Positions 27,301-40,324 of a stretch of 64,000 nt of DNA are shown here, in pieces (positions within the stretch are counted from its first letter, which is position 1; every line of letters starts with the position of its first letter). The position numbers and the translations under genes were made by a program. The notes under the pieces are model-generated. The model was given only the letters and a program-made list of their open reading frames with translations, had not been told where the DNA came from and did not search any database. The DNA comes from Trichoplax sp. H2 (Eukaryota), in contig NOWV01000171.1 of NCBI GenBank assembly GCA_003344405.1, positions 53,558 to 117,557 of the forward strand, written 5' to 3'.

Positions 27301-30300
27301 TTACCAGTTCCTGAAACTTGGGAGACGCAGTTATCATTGCATGGTAATAAAGCTTCAACATGGGAAACTCTAATTGGTAAGTCATTAAGATTAGCCACAG
27401 GACATATACGTTACCTTAGTTTACAGCATCTTTGTATAATATGACACTAATGGCATTCATGTTTAGTGCAATGCGTAATCACTTAGCAACGCCTATGTGA
27501 TCAATTTTGTGATTATTTTAGAGCACCAGAAGTTACCATTTATAGCCACTTTAAGGAATTTAAGAAATCTAATTAAGGCTGGGATCAGCGACAAGCATCA
27601 TAACCGGATTATTCGTAGACTTGAAAATGAAGTAAAGAGTATTTTATCCCCTTGTTTATATACAAATTATTCACGAAGTAACGGATTTCAATTAAAATAA
27701 TGTTGATTGATACCTGATTGGTTAACTGATTAATTTTTAGAATTCAGTTATCAACAGCAAATTATTCCCTTTTCGTTTCTTTACGGCTTTTGAAGCTATC
27801 AATGGATATGAAAAGACGTCGCAAGGTATAGTTATTTACGTCCTCAAAATTTATCTACGATACTGAAATATCTAACGGCTGTTATCAGAGATATAAGTGT
27901 CTATTGGGATAATGGTTCTTATTTATTCATATACATTTTTGTTGGCAAATATTTTGAAGCTGGAGAATCTGGTAATCGCTTTAACAGGAAGTTTAAAAAA
28001 TCAAATACGAAAAAAAAGAAACAGGTTGAGATGTAAGTAGATGTTGGTAATCTGTTTAACTAGCATTGCTGAATATGAATAAAAATTACTTTTTAACTTC
28101 ACCTTTAGGCAAAAAACGGTTTCTGAAGCGCTTCTCAAACGATACAGGGAAGCATTAGATAATGCTGTAAAGGTAGCTACAAATCACAACGTTGCTCCTA
28201 TTTGTGGCTCAACCCTCATTTTATGTAATGTTGCTGACGTGATGAAGATTCCTTGTACTGCAGCAAGAGGTCTTGGTAAACCTAGAACGGTAAATTTACC
28301 TTATCACGAATTCTTTAAGCTTCATCATAAGCGTTTACCAAATAGGTAATCTGCTTACCACTATGATTGCTGATGAGATATCTGTACTTTATTAGTTGCT
28401 AGAAGTTGGCATTTTGTTAGGCTTAATGTTCAGATACTCCTGCGAACAGTCTGAATTCATCATTTATGCTGATAACTGGAAAAAGATTGACGTATTCAAC
28501 ACTAATAGCATTCTTGAAAATACCGAGTCTATCTGCACGCTAGTTGAAGTTAGTGAATATCACACGTTCTTATTTTAATACCCCTAACAGTATAATTGTA
28601 TACAGCAATGATGTCGATATCTTTCTTTGATTTTACTACAAAGAAATCAATGATCACTACAAGTCCAAACGGATTCCCTGAACAAGAAATGCTGAAATAT
28701 CTTAAAGACCGAATTCAGGTGTTTAGCAAGCCATTCATAGTCTTTTTATAGATGAGCTATATTTATTTAATACGCTGTCGTTTATTTTCAAACGATACTA
28801 TTTGGCTATTGTAGCTTGACAACCTCATTCTCCTTTCGAATGGATCAAGCGAAGTGCCTAATCACAGCGTTATGAATAGTTTTCTAACCAAATATAGAAG
28901 AGTAGTAAATCCGAATCTACTTTACGTTAATGTGAATTTAAGCGGAAAAGTAACTGGGTGAGTTATATATATTTAAATGCAGTCAGTATTGCAATCTTAA
29001 TCATTAACATAATAATTCGATATATTCTTACTGTTTATAGATTTGATAGAAATAAGAAACTCAGCCATGAAAATGATGTTTACGTTACTGGGTTTAGCGA
29101 CCAAATCTTAAAGTTAGTACTTTATAGCCAATATTATTATACTAAAATTGAATTCCTTTGTTGATGTCAGTACTTCCTGTTAATAAGTATACTGCTTACC
29201 ATAATTATTATTCATACTACTAAATTTTTAAGTAAAGTCGAAACTTTTGATGCGTTTTCAGTCGTTCAGAAATTACTTTGCATCTACAATAAAATATTAT
29301 TTTTATTCATCATTATAAAAAGAAATAGCTTTATTATGCTGTATTTGTCTAAATTTATTATTTAGAAATATTTACTTCTGCTTTTTATACGTATACGTAT
29401 TTTATAATAGATTTGTGGCTGATAGAGGAGGGGATGGACAGTTAATCAACGTGGAGAATATTGATAATGCTTATAAACTGAAATCTATCAAGATACCTAA
29501 TGTAATAGGGTTTTTAATGAATAAAAGTAGATCTGAAAAGCTCTCTTGCTAATGTAATATCATTATCTTATAATTTGATCAGGCTATCTCAAGTGTTGAT
29601 AAAAGTGAGGACAAATCGTATGGTATCGGAACTTTTGATATGTTTTTACCAAGGTCTTTAAAATCTGTCTTTACGATAATTCTGCATTATCAGCTCCATA
29701 GATCATTCCCGAAACTACAACATTCTGATGTAAATTCCCTACATTTTTAGGTGGAAAACCGTTCGTGTTTTCATATCATCTACGTTCTTAGATATGCATG
29801 GTGAAAGAGATATTTTAACAAGGTATGTTTTTCCGGAGTTACGCGCAAGATGCCAGCGTCATTTTCTGAATATTTTTGAAGTGGACCTTCGTTGGGGTAT
29901 CAACGAAGCTGACATACAACATAATAGGTAAAATTTAAATACAAGCGTTATAATAAATATAGTAGTAGCAAATTAAAAGATAGTATACAAATACGGAATT
30001 AATTCATCAATTTTTGTTTACAGTATGCTCGAATTATGTTTAACTGAAGTCCAACGAAGTGATTATTTTATTGCTATACTTGGTCAACGATATGGTTGGT
30101 GCCCTCAAGGGTATGAAGTTCCACCAACTAGCGAATTTGATTGGGTAAGAAACTATCCGCCAAATAGGTCGGTGACCGAGCTAGAAATCCAACAAGCTAT
30201 ATTCAATAACCCATCCGAAGCAATTCGAAAATGCTTTTGTTATATCAGAGATAACACTTTTGAGAGGTAAGCAGATAATGAAATGTTTTATCTATTTATG

Positions 30301-33300
30301 ATCTCTGCTTATGTTACAAACGATAAACTCTTACACATCGTCGCAATATCGATCTTAGATTTCTGTTCTTAATTAACTGGATCTAATATAGTTCTTCATT
30401 TTTCCGTTCTAAGTGATATACCTAAGAACTGGCTATTACAATTTGTCGATGATTCTGATATTGCAAAGGAGAAGATCGATAATTTAAAAAATCGTCTTCG
30501 GAAATGTGGCGTAGAAACTTATGAAAGGTATTACATGCTGCTCTAAACTTTTCATTTTCTCTACTGCAATGTTATTAACCAGAAATTGGCTTTATTTCTA
30601 ATCAATTTTGAAAGATATCCGTGTAAGTGGGGTGGTATTGTTGACAAAAAGCCTTACCTAACAAATTTAGAACAGTTTGGTCTTAGGGTTTTGCATAACC
30701 TATGGAATGCAATTGAACGCGACTACATTCAAAATGACAATGTAGGTCTATTGAACAAGCTTAAACAATAAACGAATTTTTCCTGAAATATACTAAATAT
30801 GTATGTACAATAATTATGTTAATGGTGCGCTTTTTCTTGAATACATTCAAGGACAATAACTTCGAAGATGAAGAATACAACACACAAATTTCAGTTGTCG
30901 ATTTACACTCTAAAGATTTTATAGGCAGGAAGCGATTATGTAAGGAATCGAATGATTTGTTGCATGAAAGTGAACAAGGAATTATTTTATACTGTGGTAA
31001 AAAAGGTTGTGGAAAAACTGCTTTAATGGTAAGACTGCATTTTTAATAGCAAAAGACGAAAAGTCTTAATAGGTAAATGTAGGTAGGTTATAATTGCTTA
31101 TTATTTTAATGTAGGCCAGACTAGTAAAAGACCAAATGTCGACCACTAACTGGTGTCATCGAATTATCCCTTATTTTATTGGTTCATCAAGCGGTAGCTG
31201 TAAAATAACTAACTTATTACACTATTTTTGCCGGCAACTGAAGCGAGGGGCTGACATTGTTCAAGAAATACCTGATACATATCAGTTCGTATACCATATA
31301 TATTCTTAATATCGTATGTTTTAATGATATTAAAAGGTTTGTATGTGCAAATTTTCGCAACATTTAGGGAGCTTGTTACATGTTTTCATGAATTCCTTAT
31401 CCAATCGGCATCCTTTCATGGTAGCAATCCAGTGATAATATTTATCGACGGTTTAGATCAATTGAATTCGTACTACAATGCCAAAGACTTGCAATGGCTA
31501 CCTCAATTAATTCCTGAGGTTTGTAGTTCAATTCTTTTTCGAGCGACAGTTTAATCCTTGTTGTTCTAGTACTGTAGATAATGCGGCTATTGGAGTGTGC
31601 TATATTGACTTTTATAAATGTCACACTTTGTGGTAATTGTTCGATTTCAACGTTCGACCTATAGATTTTAATAGTATAATGTGCGTATTTTTATTTTTAG
31701 AACGTGTTATTCGTAGTAAGTGTAAATGAAAACGAAGACTGCTTTAAGAATCTTGAACATCGATCAGACATTATCCATAATTTTAAGCTATCGGGAATCG
31801 ATTCGTGGGAGAAAGCTACCTTTGTCCGACAGATTCTTCAAAAATATCGTAAAAGTCTTGATGAGTCCAATTTTAATAAACAAATGAACGTTCTAATATC
31901 CAAACGTGAAGCATCTAGTCCATTATTTTTAACTTTAGCATGTGAAGAATTGAGAATGTTTGGAATTTTCGAGCAGGTATGATTGTTCAGCGATATAATG
32001 TATGTTGTAGTGTATTTAATAATTAATTCGATATTAATAGTGTGCAAATGTTTATACAATGCATATTTCATCCTTTATTAACGGATAAAATTACATAGAT
32101 CACCGAACGAATTAAGACTATATCTCAAACTATACACGGACTATTGGAGCAAACCCTTGAAAGGATCGAAATAGATCATGGAAAAGAAATTGTAACAGCA
32201 TTATTTCAAGTTGTACTCAGCTCTAAAGATGGTAATTATTACTGGATGTTACTTATCGGAAATTACGCAAATAAAGTGTCCCTTTTCTTTTATCAAATAA
32301 TTTTAATTCTTTCTAACTGATGCCTAACGTCGTTTCCAGGTATTGACGAAACGTATCTACCTCTTCTTTTGGGTGTATTAACATTACCCGAGATAAAGAA
32401 AGACTTAATGCAGATTTCAATTAAAAAGTTATCACAATATACCACCAGTGCACTACCTATTTGTCCGCTGATGTATGCCAGACTCCTCCGAGCTGTTAAG
32501 GAATTTCTATTTCCGGCTCAGCAGCAAGATCTCGTGTAATTTTTATTTCGTTTTACGATTAGTCGAGCGTCACAATGATTTTGTATCTGCTCTTATGCCA
32601 TTATATACTTTTGTTACGTATTGAACATTACAAATACTGTAATATTAAGAGCTTTATTAACGCGATTGACAGAAGTTCCTGTCAGCTAGCTATTCAGCAC
32701 GGAAAAATTAAGGAAGTCCTAGAATCTCGCTACACGAAAATGGAGCGGTCCAATAAACTTGCTTTTATACATAAAACATTAGCTGGTATGAATAACGTAT
32801 AATAATATTTCATATTAAATTCAACCGCAATTTTGTTCGGTTATGCAATACTAAAGCATAATCTCGTGTCTTTGAAGCCTTTTATCTGGTAAAAGCGGAT
32901 CCTACCAGCAACCGATCTTGGGAAGGTTTTGACCCATGGGCTTTTATTGCGTTACCTTACCACTTGGTAAATCAACAATTATAGCATAATTTTACTGCAA
33001 CCGACTTTAAGTATTGTAAAAATGTACAAAATTCCGCTTTTTAGATTCGTGGTGCTTGTTATAATGAATTATCGGAGCTCTTATGTGACCTGAAATTTAT
33101 TACCGCTAAATGTAAACTTGGCTTAGTAAACCACCTTATCGATGATTACCATGGTCAAGGTTAACGGACCCAATTCAAATGTCTGTAAAAATCATTGTAT
33201 AAATTTATAACGCTTATCAATATTGAATTTAAATAGTTACTTTTGAAAGAGTGAGTGAAGATAAAGCATACCACAAAGCCATGAAGCAACAAAAAATTCA

Positions 33301-36300
33301 GGTTTACGCTAAATAATAACTACTCTAAAATGTTTACAAACTAAATGATGTCAATTAAGAACATACCCACACTTATATCTGCAATATACTGTTATACGAA
33401 GTGTATTGACAAAACCTGCTTCAACTGTGTACCGTAATTTGCAATAGTAACTTATCATGAGTAGTCAAGTTTAAGGATTGACTTTTACCCATTTTTTGGC
33501 TATAGGATTTTGGAAATTTTGTTTCCAGAAATTTAAGCATCCTTAAGACGTAAGTATGAGTTTAGTTTCCTTTACGACAGTAACCGAATATGTGTCTAAG
33601 ATTGCGAATTTTACTGAAAGTATTGACCCGAAATGATTAAGCATTTAATAATCTTTGAAGGAATGCGTTTTTATGCCAGCAACAAGCTCTTAACGAGCCG
33701 TTAAATACCTACCCAGCTGAATTAGCCGCTGCACAAATAAAGACTGAAGCTAGGTCTTCGAATAATCTTATTATGGAATGGTGTAATAAGCCAACTTATT
33801 GCAACCCATGCTACATGACTCTCGAAGGATTTCAACAGGTAACTTGTTTTGTTCTTACAGCAAGATAGAATCTTCAGAGCTTAAGCTTTATTACAGTAAT
33901 TTTAAGATGTTTGTTACATTACATTTATTGCAAATAATAATTTATTAGTATACTATACTTGATATAAAGTGCTAAAAAAGGAAAGTGATTGCGGTACTGA
34001 TCTCGTATAGGAAACAATTATTATTGCATTTGCAATATACGAGTACTATTAATAATGTCGAACTGAAGTCAAAAATTCTAGAACTTCTGTGCTCTTGTAG
34101 TTAATATTTATAATTTTTGCTAGCCACTCCTAGCCATTGCCATATCAGAAGATGACCAATACGTTGCTTGTGGTTCTAAAGATTGTACTGTTAAACTATT
34201 CGAGCTATCGACGGCAAAAGTAACCAAAATTGACTATATTAGTTTCTCTTTTAGTATTTGATCGTAGGGGTAAGATGCGAACAAACACATTTGCTATGTT
34301 ATCATAGGAATTAAAGAGTTTCGTTGGTCATGCGAGGCCGGTAACTGATTGCTGCTTTATTGGCAGTAAGTATTTATGCAGCGCCTCACTAGACGGTAAC
34401 ATTAGCGTATGGGATTTAGCTAACGGTCACAGGTGTGCTTCGATACAAAATATACGTAACATGTGAAACTTATCTCGTAACCGCATTTATTACTGGATTT
34501 AAAATTAGTCTTTGTACAGTACTGTTTAGAATTCACTTCCAAATTGTCAGTAAGAATTTTTGATTTTTGTATTTTTGTATAGACGACATATACTCTCGCT
34601 ACACCATAGATCGATATGTCAGTGTACAGTGGATAGAAATGAGAAATTTATAGCGTCGGCTTCACTAGACGGGAACGTAATAATTTGGAAAGTTAACGAT
34701 GGAAGTTCATTTGGCAAATTCAGTGTAAAAAGGTTCGCTATGCCTTTTAATTTTTAAGTACAAAAATTACATTAAATTTCTTTGATTGATTCTAGTATTA
34801 AGATGATTTCATAGTTCACGAAACCTATTTATTACTTTCAATTACATAATTAATATCATTAACTTTTAGCAACCGCCCCTTCAATTGCGTATCATTCCAT
34901 CCCGAAGCACCGTTAATTGTAGCTGGTAATTGGGATACAAATATTTATACCTGGGATGTAAATACGAAAGAACAAAAGCAGGTAAGATACAAACTTTATC
35001 GACTACTTTTTTTAAATCCAAAGACATTCGGCACATAGAGTAAGTATTGACGCCGCTCATCCTCAGAATCCTTATTCTAATGATCATACCTAGGTACTAC
35101 GTGGACATACAGCCTCTATTAGAGATGTCGCATTTTGTAATGGTGGTAATTTTGTTATATCTGCTGATATATCCGGACAAGTTATGATTTTTTCTTTAGC
35201 TCACGGAACAAATGTATGATGATTTTGGAAATACGCATTTCGGGTTGTTATGGAGCTCTTCGATAATAATTAGAAACTGTGGTATGATACTCTTTCTAGG
35301 TTGGCAGCTTGCATGGTCATTTCTTCCCTATAAACAAAATAGCAGTATCCAGTAATCCCCACGTATTAGCAACTGCCAGTGATGACCATAAAGTAAAGGT
35401 AAGTTTAACTCCATTAATATATCATTAAAATTAAATAGAGTATTTAGGATCAGTAATAAGTGTCCACAATCTCGAAATGCTTATAGCTATGGAGGAATAC
35501 ATTAGGCAGGGCATTATTTTCCAGTCATTTTGAAATGCAGCGAATGACTGCGGTTAAAATTAGCCTTAGCGGAAAGTTTATCGCAGTTGGATCATCAAAT
35601 GGTGATTTATCTATTATTGACCGAAATGTGGGCAATCAAATTTTATCAGGTAATTACAGAGAGTGACATGTATGAATTCCGCTTTTATTACTATAATCAA
35701 TTATTGCAATTACATCGAGATCTAATCAATTACTATCGCTTTGCGTTAATGCTTCAATTTTTTTGCAAAAGTATTCGTGAATGAAATTTTCGATAATAGC
35801 GTAGTTTATCTTTACAAGTGCCTTACTAACAACTGCTCTATACGCATAAACTTCTCTATATTTAAAATCAACTAGTGTTGATATTGATATTTTTCAAACT
35901 TAGTTCAAGCACATAAACAATGTATTCGATCTCTAACCTGGTCTCCATGTGGATTAAATATTATCACTGCATCTGATGATAAAACTGTCAAGGTCTGTCG
36001 TGTTACTTACCTTTATACTATTCCTGCTGCAGCATCACATATTTCGATATTATAAGTTTCGAAATATACATACTGATGTAATTGTTGTTATTATTAGGGC
36101 ATATATAATATAATATAATCTATTACCAATAGTAAGGTTGCATCCATTTATGACTATACAGATTATCAACATTGAACATGCGGATATTAAAGAAACATTA
36201 TCTGACCATTCTGCAGCTGTAACATGCATTGCCAGTTCAAAAAAGTATTTAGCTACAGGATCGGAAGACTGTTCTATAAATCTTTACCACAAGCACACTG

Positions 36301-39300
36301 TGTATCGGTTAGTTATTTCACTGTCAAATGAATTAAATTGTAATTAATAAGAGCTCATCTGCTGGATGATACAGTATTGTTTGTTCTACGCAAAATTAAT
36401 AGCATAAATCCAAATTTGTAATCATACAATGATTGTCAATTACTTTACAGGCTTGATTCAAATCTCAGTGGACACACTGCATGTATAGCGGCTGTTGATA
36501 TCTCATCAAATGAAAAATATTTACTATCCAGTGGTCATGATAAGGTGATTCTACCTGTATCGAAAGCGTTCATACTGAGTAAACAGTCTTTATATAAACA
36601 TCACCCTATTAATTAACTACACTACACATTCATTTGCTGATAGGTCATTCGTTTATGGAACATTAAAACGAAACGATGCGTAATTGAAAGTCACGAAAGC
36701 CATTTAGATTTAATAACAACATGTGCATTTGGTTCAGTTCATGATACTGTTGTAAGTAAATTATTTTTATAGCGATAACTTTTATATAAATTATGCATCT
36801 GTTAGATAAATCACAGCAATCGATGTCTTAGCGTAAAGCAAACACACAATAATCATCTAGGTAACCGCATCAAACGACCACACGGTTAAGTGCTGGGATG
36901 CTTCGGAACTATCCTTAGTCCTTCATCGTAAGAAAGTTTTGATTCCTGTCTCTGAAGTACATAGTCACAATAGCGCGGTTAATACTGTGTCAGTTGCGGT
37001 AAGTTGTGCAATTTAAAATTTAAAAATGTATAACAGTCCATTATGTTTAATTCACTTTATATGAGTATACAGATAATTAATTTGTATTAAATGCGACTTC
37101 TCGCCAGTTACATTTCCTTTATCCGAGCCAACATAATTTAATCATTCAATCTGCAGAAAAACTTGATTGCCTCTGCCTCTAGCGATGGAACTGTCGTTAT
37201 ATCCAACAGAATGGGTATTGAAATTACTTCCTTTAAGGCACACTCAGATCGAATTAATGCTTGCCATTTAGTGTTTCTGGATGGAGGTGAGTTTGAAACA
37301 ATTATGTTAGCATATTTCTATTGTGTTCCGATTTTCAAATTTGAATACTAAGAAGATGTGTACGCTGTAATCATTGGTGTTGTCTGTACCTTCAATTTTT
37401 GATTTAAATCATAGATTATTACTTAACAACTAGTGGTGACGATGGCTACGTTAAAACCTGGAGGCCAATACAAGTCTGTTTTTTCTTTCTACTTATGATT
37501 CATAGAGTAAACTAATATTTTCAGCATTCATTATAAATTATTTTTACTAGGGTGAAGAAATTTCTTCCTTAGTTGGTCATTCGGATCGTGTAGTCGCTGT
37601 CAAAGTTAGCCACAGTGGTAAAACAATATGCTCTGCTTCTATAGATAAAACAATCAAATTTTGGCGTACGGACGTGAGTTGGAAACTTGTAATATCTTTG
37701 TATAGAAATTATTAAGACTTTGGTTATTACTAAATTTAGCAAGAGATATAACGTCAATGCTTTATTGCAGTTTAATCATGTTAAGCAAGCGCATATATCG
37801 GCAGTTACAGGGGTGACTTTTTTATTTCATACGAATATCGCTGCGTCTGCATCTAGGTAAGTTAAAAGTATTGAGATGAGATAACAGCTGGAAAAAAGAT
37901 GAAATCCAACAATTTAATAATGCTTCAATAATAATCGCAATTGTATCATTTAAATTTATTAGAGATGGGATGGTCATTATTTGGAAACTGTTTTATAAAG
38001 ATGGGAAGCTGGCTCTAGAAAATAGATTACAATTTCAAGTATACATTGCGGAATTTTGCATATAAATGTGTAGCCAATTATTAAATATCCGATTACGTAA
38101 GGGATACTTTTCAGTACTAATGCATTATCCCCATAGGCTAGCGATGAGGCTGTAAACTGTCTTCGTCTCTATGGTGATACCGATAATCATGGTATACATT
38201 TAATCACCGGATCAAATGATTGTAAGGTGATAGTATGGAATATAGAGTTGGATGGCAGCCCGACTGTGATGAATTCCATTGAGTACGTTTTTCAACTCCA
38301 TGTGTAAAACTACAGGAATAATTTAAATGTATAAAGACTTTTAAGCATAATCTAAAACCTTGTATCATCAGGTTGTCAGCACCTGTTCTATGCCTCAACA
38401 TTCATAACAAATTACTCTATATTGGAACTTGGTCTGGCCATCTGTCTGTTTGGAATATAGGAACAATGATGGAAGTTAATAGCTACACAAGGTAAAATAA
38501 GAAGAAATATAAATGATGTATTGGTGCTTAATAAACCTTGTTAGATAACTAAATTTACATCGAAGACTACAAATACCTCTATAATGTAAAGGTGATTTCT
38601 ACTCTTTCACTATTCCTAAATACGATAGGTTGAACAATGAATGGATTTTAAATATCGATATATCAAACACATCACCCTATTGTACATGCGGTACCACAGC
38701 CTGTTTTGCTACGGTGTATTCTACATCCGAAACCAACAACAAAATTTTGCGTCATGTAGCAATTCCTGACGACAAAGCATCCGAACGTAACAAGCATCAT
38801 GCTTGTGTTTCGTACTTTTTAACCAGTCAGATATTAGCCATGAACTTAAATATAGAATCAATAGATGAAGTCTTAATTATAGGCGACAGTGATGGTAATA
38901 TTTTTGTATGTGATGCTAACAAAGAATACCTTCATCGCAAGGTACGATATTTTCATTTTTTCTGTATAGTAAATAATTTTACTAAAACCTAATTAAATTG
39001 GCAACTTGATACAATAGCACTCATAATAAGACTGGCCAAATTACAGGCGCTGATTAATTGATTTTCTTTGATAACCTTCACTTAGCTCCATACTGCAGCG
39101 ATATCAGAAATCATTCAAACAAAACAGTATTTAATTACGGCTTCCTGGGATTCTACTATCAAGATATGGGAATACGAAACTTTAAAACTTGTAGGCCATA
39201 TTGCACTATTACGATAGCTCGATTATAATTACCGAGCGTATAGTGATTGGATGTTGCATGTCCGGCAAAATAAATGATTGAATTCATTCCCTTTCTACGA

Positions 39301-39423
39301 TAGGTTGGTAAATTCTATTGCCAATCACCTGTGACATCTATGACTGCTATTATGTCTTGGGACAATTCTGGTATCCTTTGTGGTGATTACTTGGGAAATA
39401 TCTATTTGCTGCGATATATGTAG
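24336..39423 (+). CDS. TEP1: TEP1 (telomerase protein component 1, vault-associated) orthologue, a large multi-exon gene. Exon 1 is 24336-24489 (MSESKANTSGSS..., Ser/Thr-rich) and exon 2 starts at 24801. The TROVE domain lies at about 25960-27700 (EFILKVSLYTRQELGIRTAANFLLALAANIQACRPYLKKYFSTIIRLPSDWIEVAELYQ; FTLKQLIRKLHIIQPAEHVMALIG; KLPFIATLRNLRNLIKAGIS). A VWA-like region lies at about 28090-28330. The NACHT NTPase lies at about 29780-32520 (MHGERDILTRYVFPELRARC...DLRWGI; YFIAILGQRYGWCPQGYEVP; RYPCKWGGIVDKKPYLTNLEQFG; P-loop CGKKGCGKTALM near 30996-31026; IIFIDGLDQL; NVLFVVSVNE...FNKQMNVLISKREASSPLFLTLACEELRMFG). WD40 repeats span about 34100-39420 and end ...GDYLGNIYLLRYM*, with stop at 39421-39423.
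   Basis: Segment-by-segment colinearity with human TEP1 across the TROVE, NACHT and WD domains, for example human ...ALYTRQQLN...LPACRP...LPSDWIQVAE(F/L)YQ; FRDMHGERDLLLRSVLPAL...[96 protein letters not shown]. Exons are bounded by canonical GT/AG sites, and numerous six-frame ORFs fall in register on the plus strand. Confidence 0.85.
25402..25425. repeat. (AT)12 dinucleotide microsatellite inside TEP1 (probably intronic).
   Basis: Seen directly: atatatatatatatatatatatat. Confidence 0.9.
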
Positions 39424-40324
39424 CGCTTGATTCTTGATTAAAATACTAGACGAATTTATCCAAGAGTTGCCATCTAGGCAGAAACGAACGTACTGTAAAT
39501 GCTTAATTTTTCTACGTTGATTTACGCTCAATGAGTGGTACCTAACCATTTATAATAATTGATTTCGTATTGTATGTGGTATATTACATGTTACATAAAG
39601 ATCCGTTCGGTCAGTACCTTGGATGAATATATATATACCGAATAAATATTTATCCTTATATTCAATACTCAGCATGAAAGCTAATAAGACGATAGGCTAT
39701 ATTTGCTACTGTCCTATTGTACAGTCAGTATACGGTGGTATTCAGTGTAAAGAATGCCGTCCGATGCAGCTTGTATTGTGCCAGATTAATATGAAATTAA
39801 CACAACACTACTCGGATAGTTTACATGATAGGCAGTCACAAGCAAACTAATTAAATTATCATGCGATCAATGAATAATATTCGTTCATTTTGAGTCTAAG
39901 AAGTTGTTTATTAGAGAAGTAGTAGTAAGCACCTTCCTGTAATCAAAAAGATAGCAAATGAAGGCGCAAAATTAGCTAAAGTTACAAAGTTTAATATTCC
40001 GCAACTACACTGTAAAACTGGACAGGTAATAAGAATGCATTGAATAATAAGACTAAGACTTACAAATCATGGCGTACTACCACTAATAAGAATTAAAAAT
40101 TATCACTCAAACGAAAAAATCTTAAAATAATTACCTCCATTACGACAATAACTGGTGCTCTTAAACTTAAAAACTACGAAATGCCAACACTTTTTAATGT
40201 TAAATTCATTAATTATAGATGCTATTTAAGCACCTCATTAGTGCCTATTCCTTACAATATTTAAACATAAGTTTCTTGCGCAAAGTAACAAAGTAAACGA
40301 TGGTAAGAGATACATCACGAAGTA

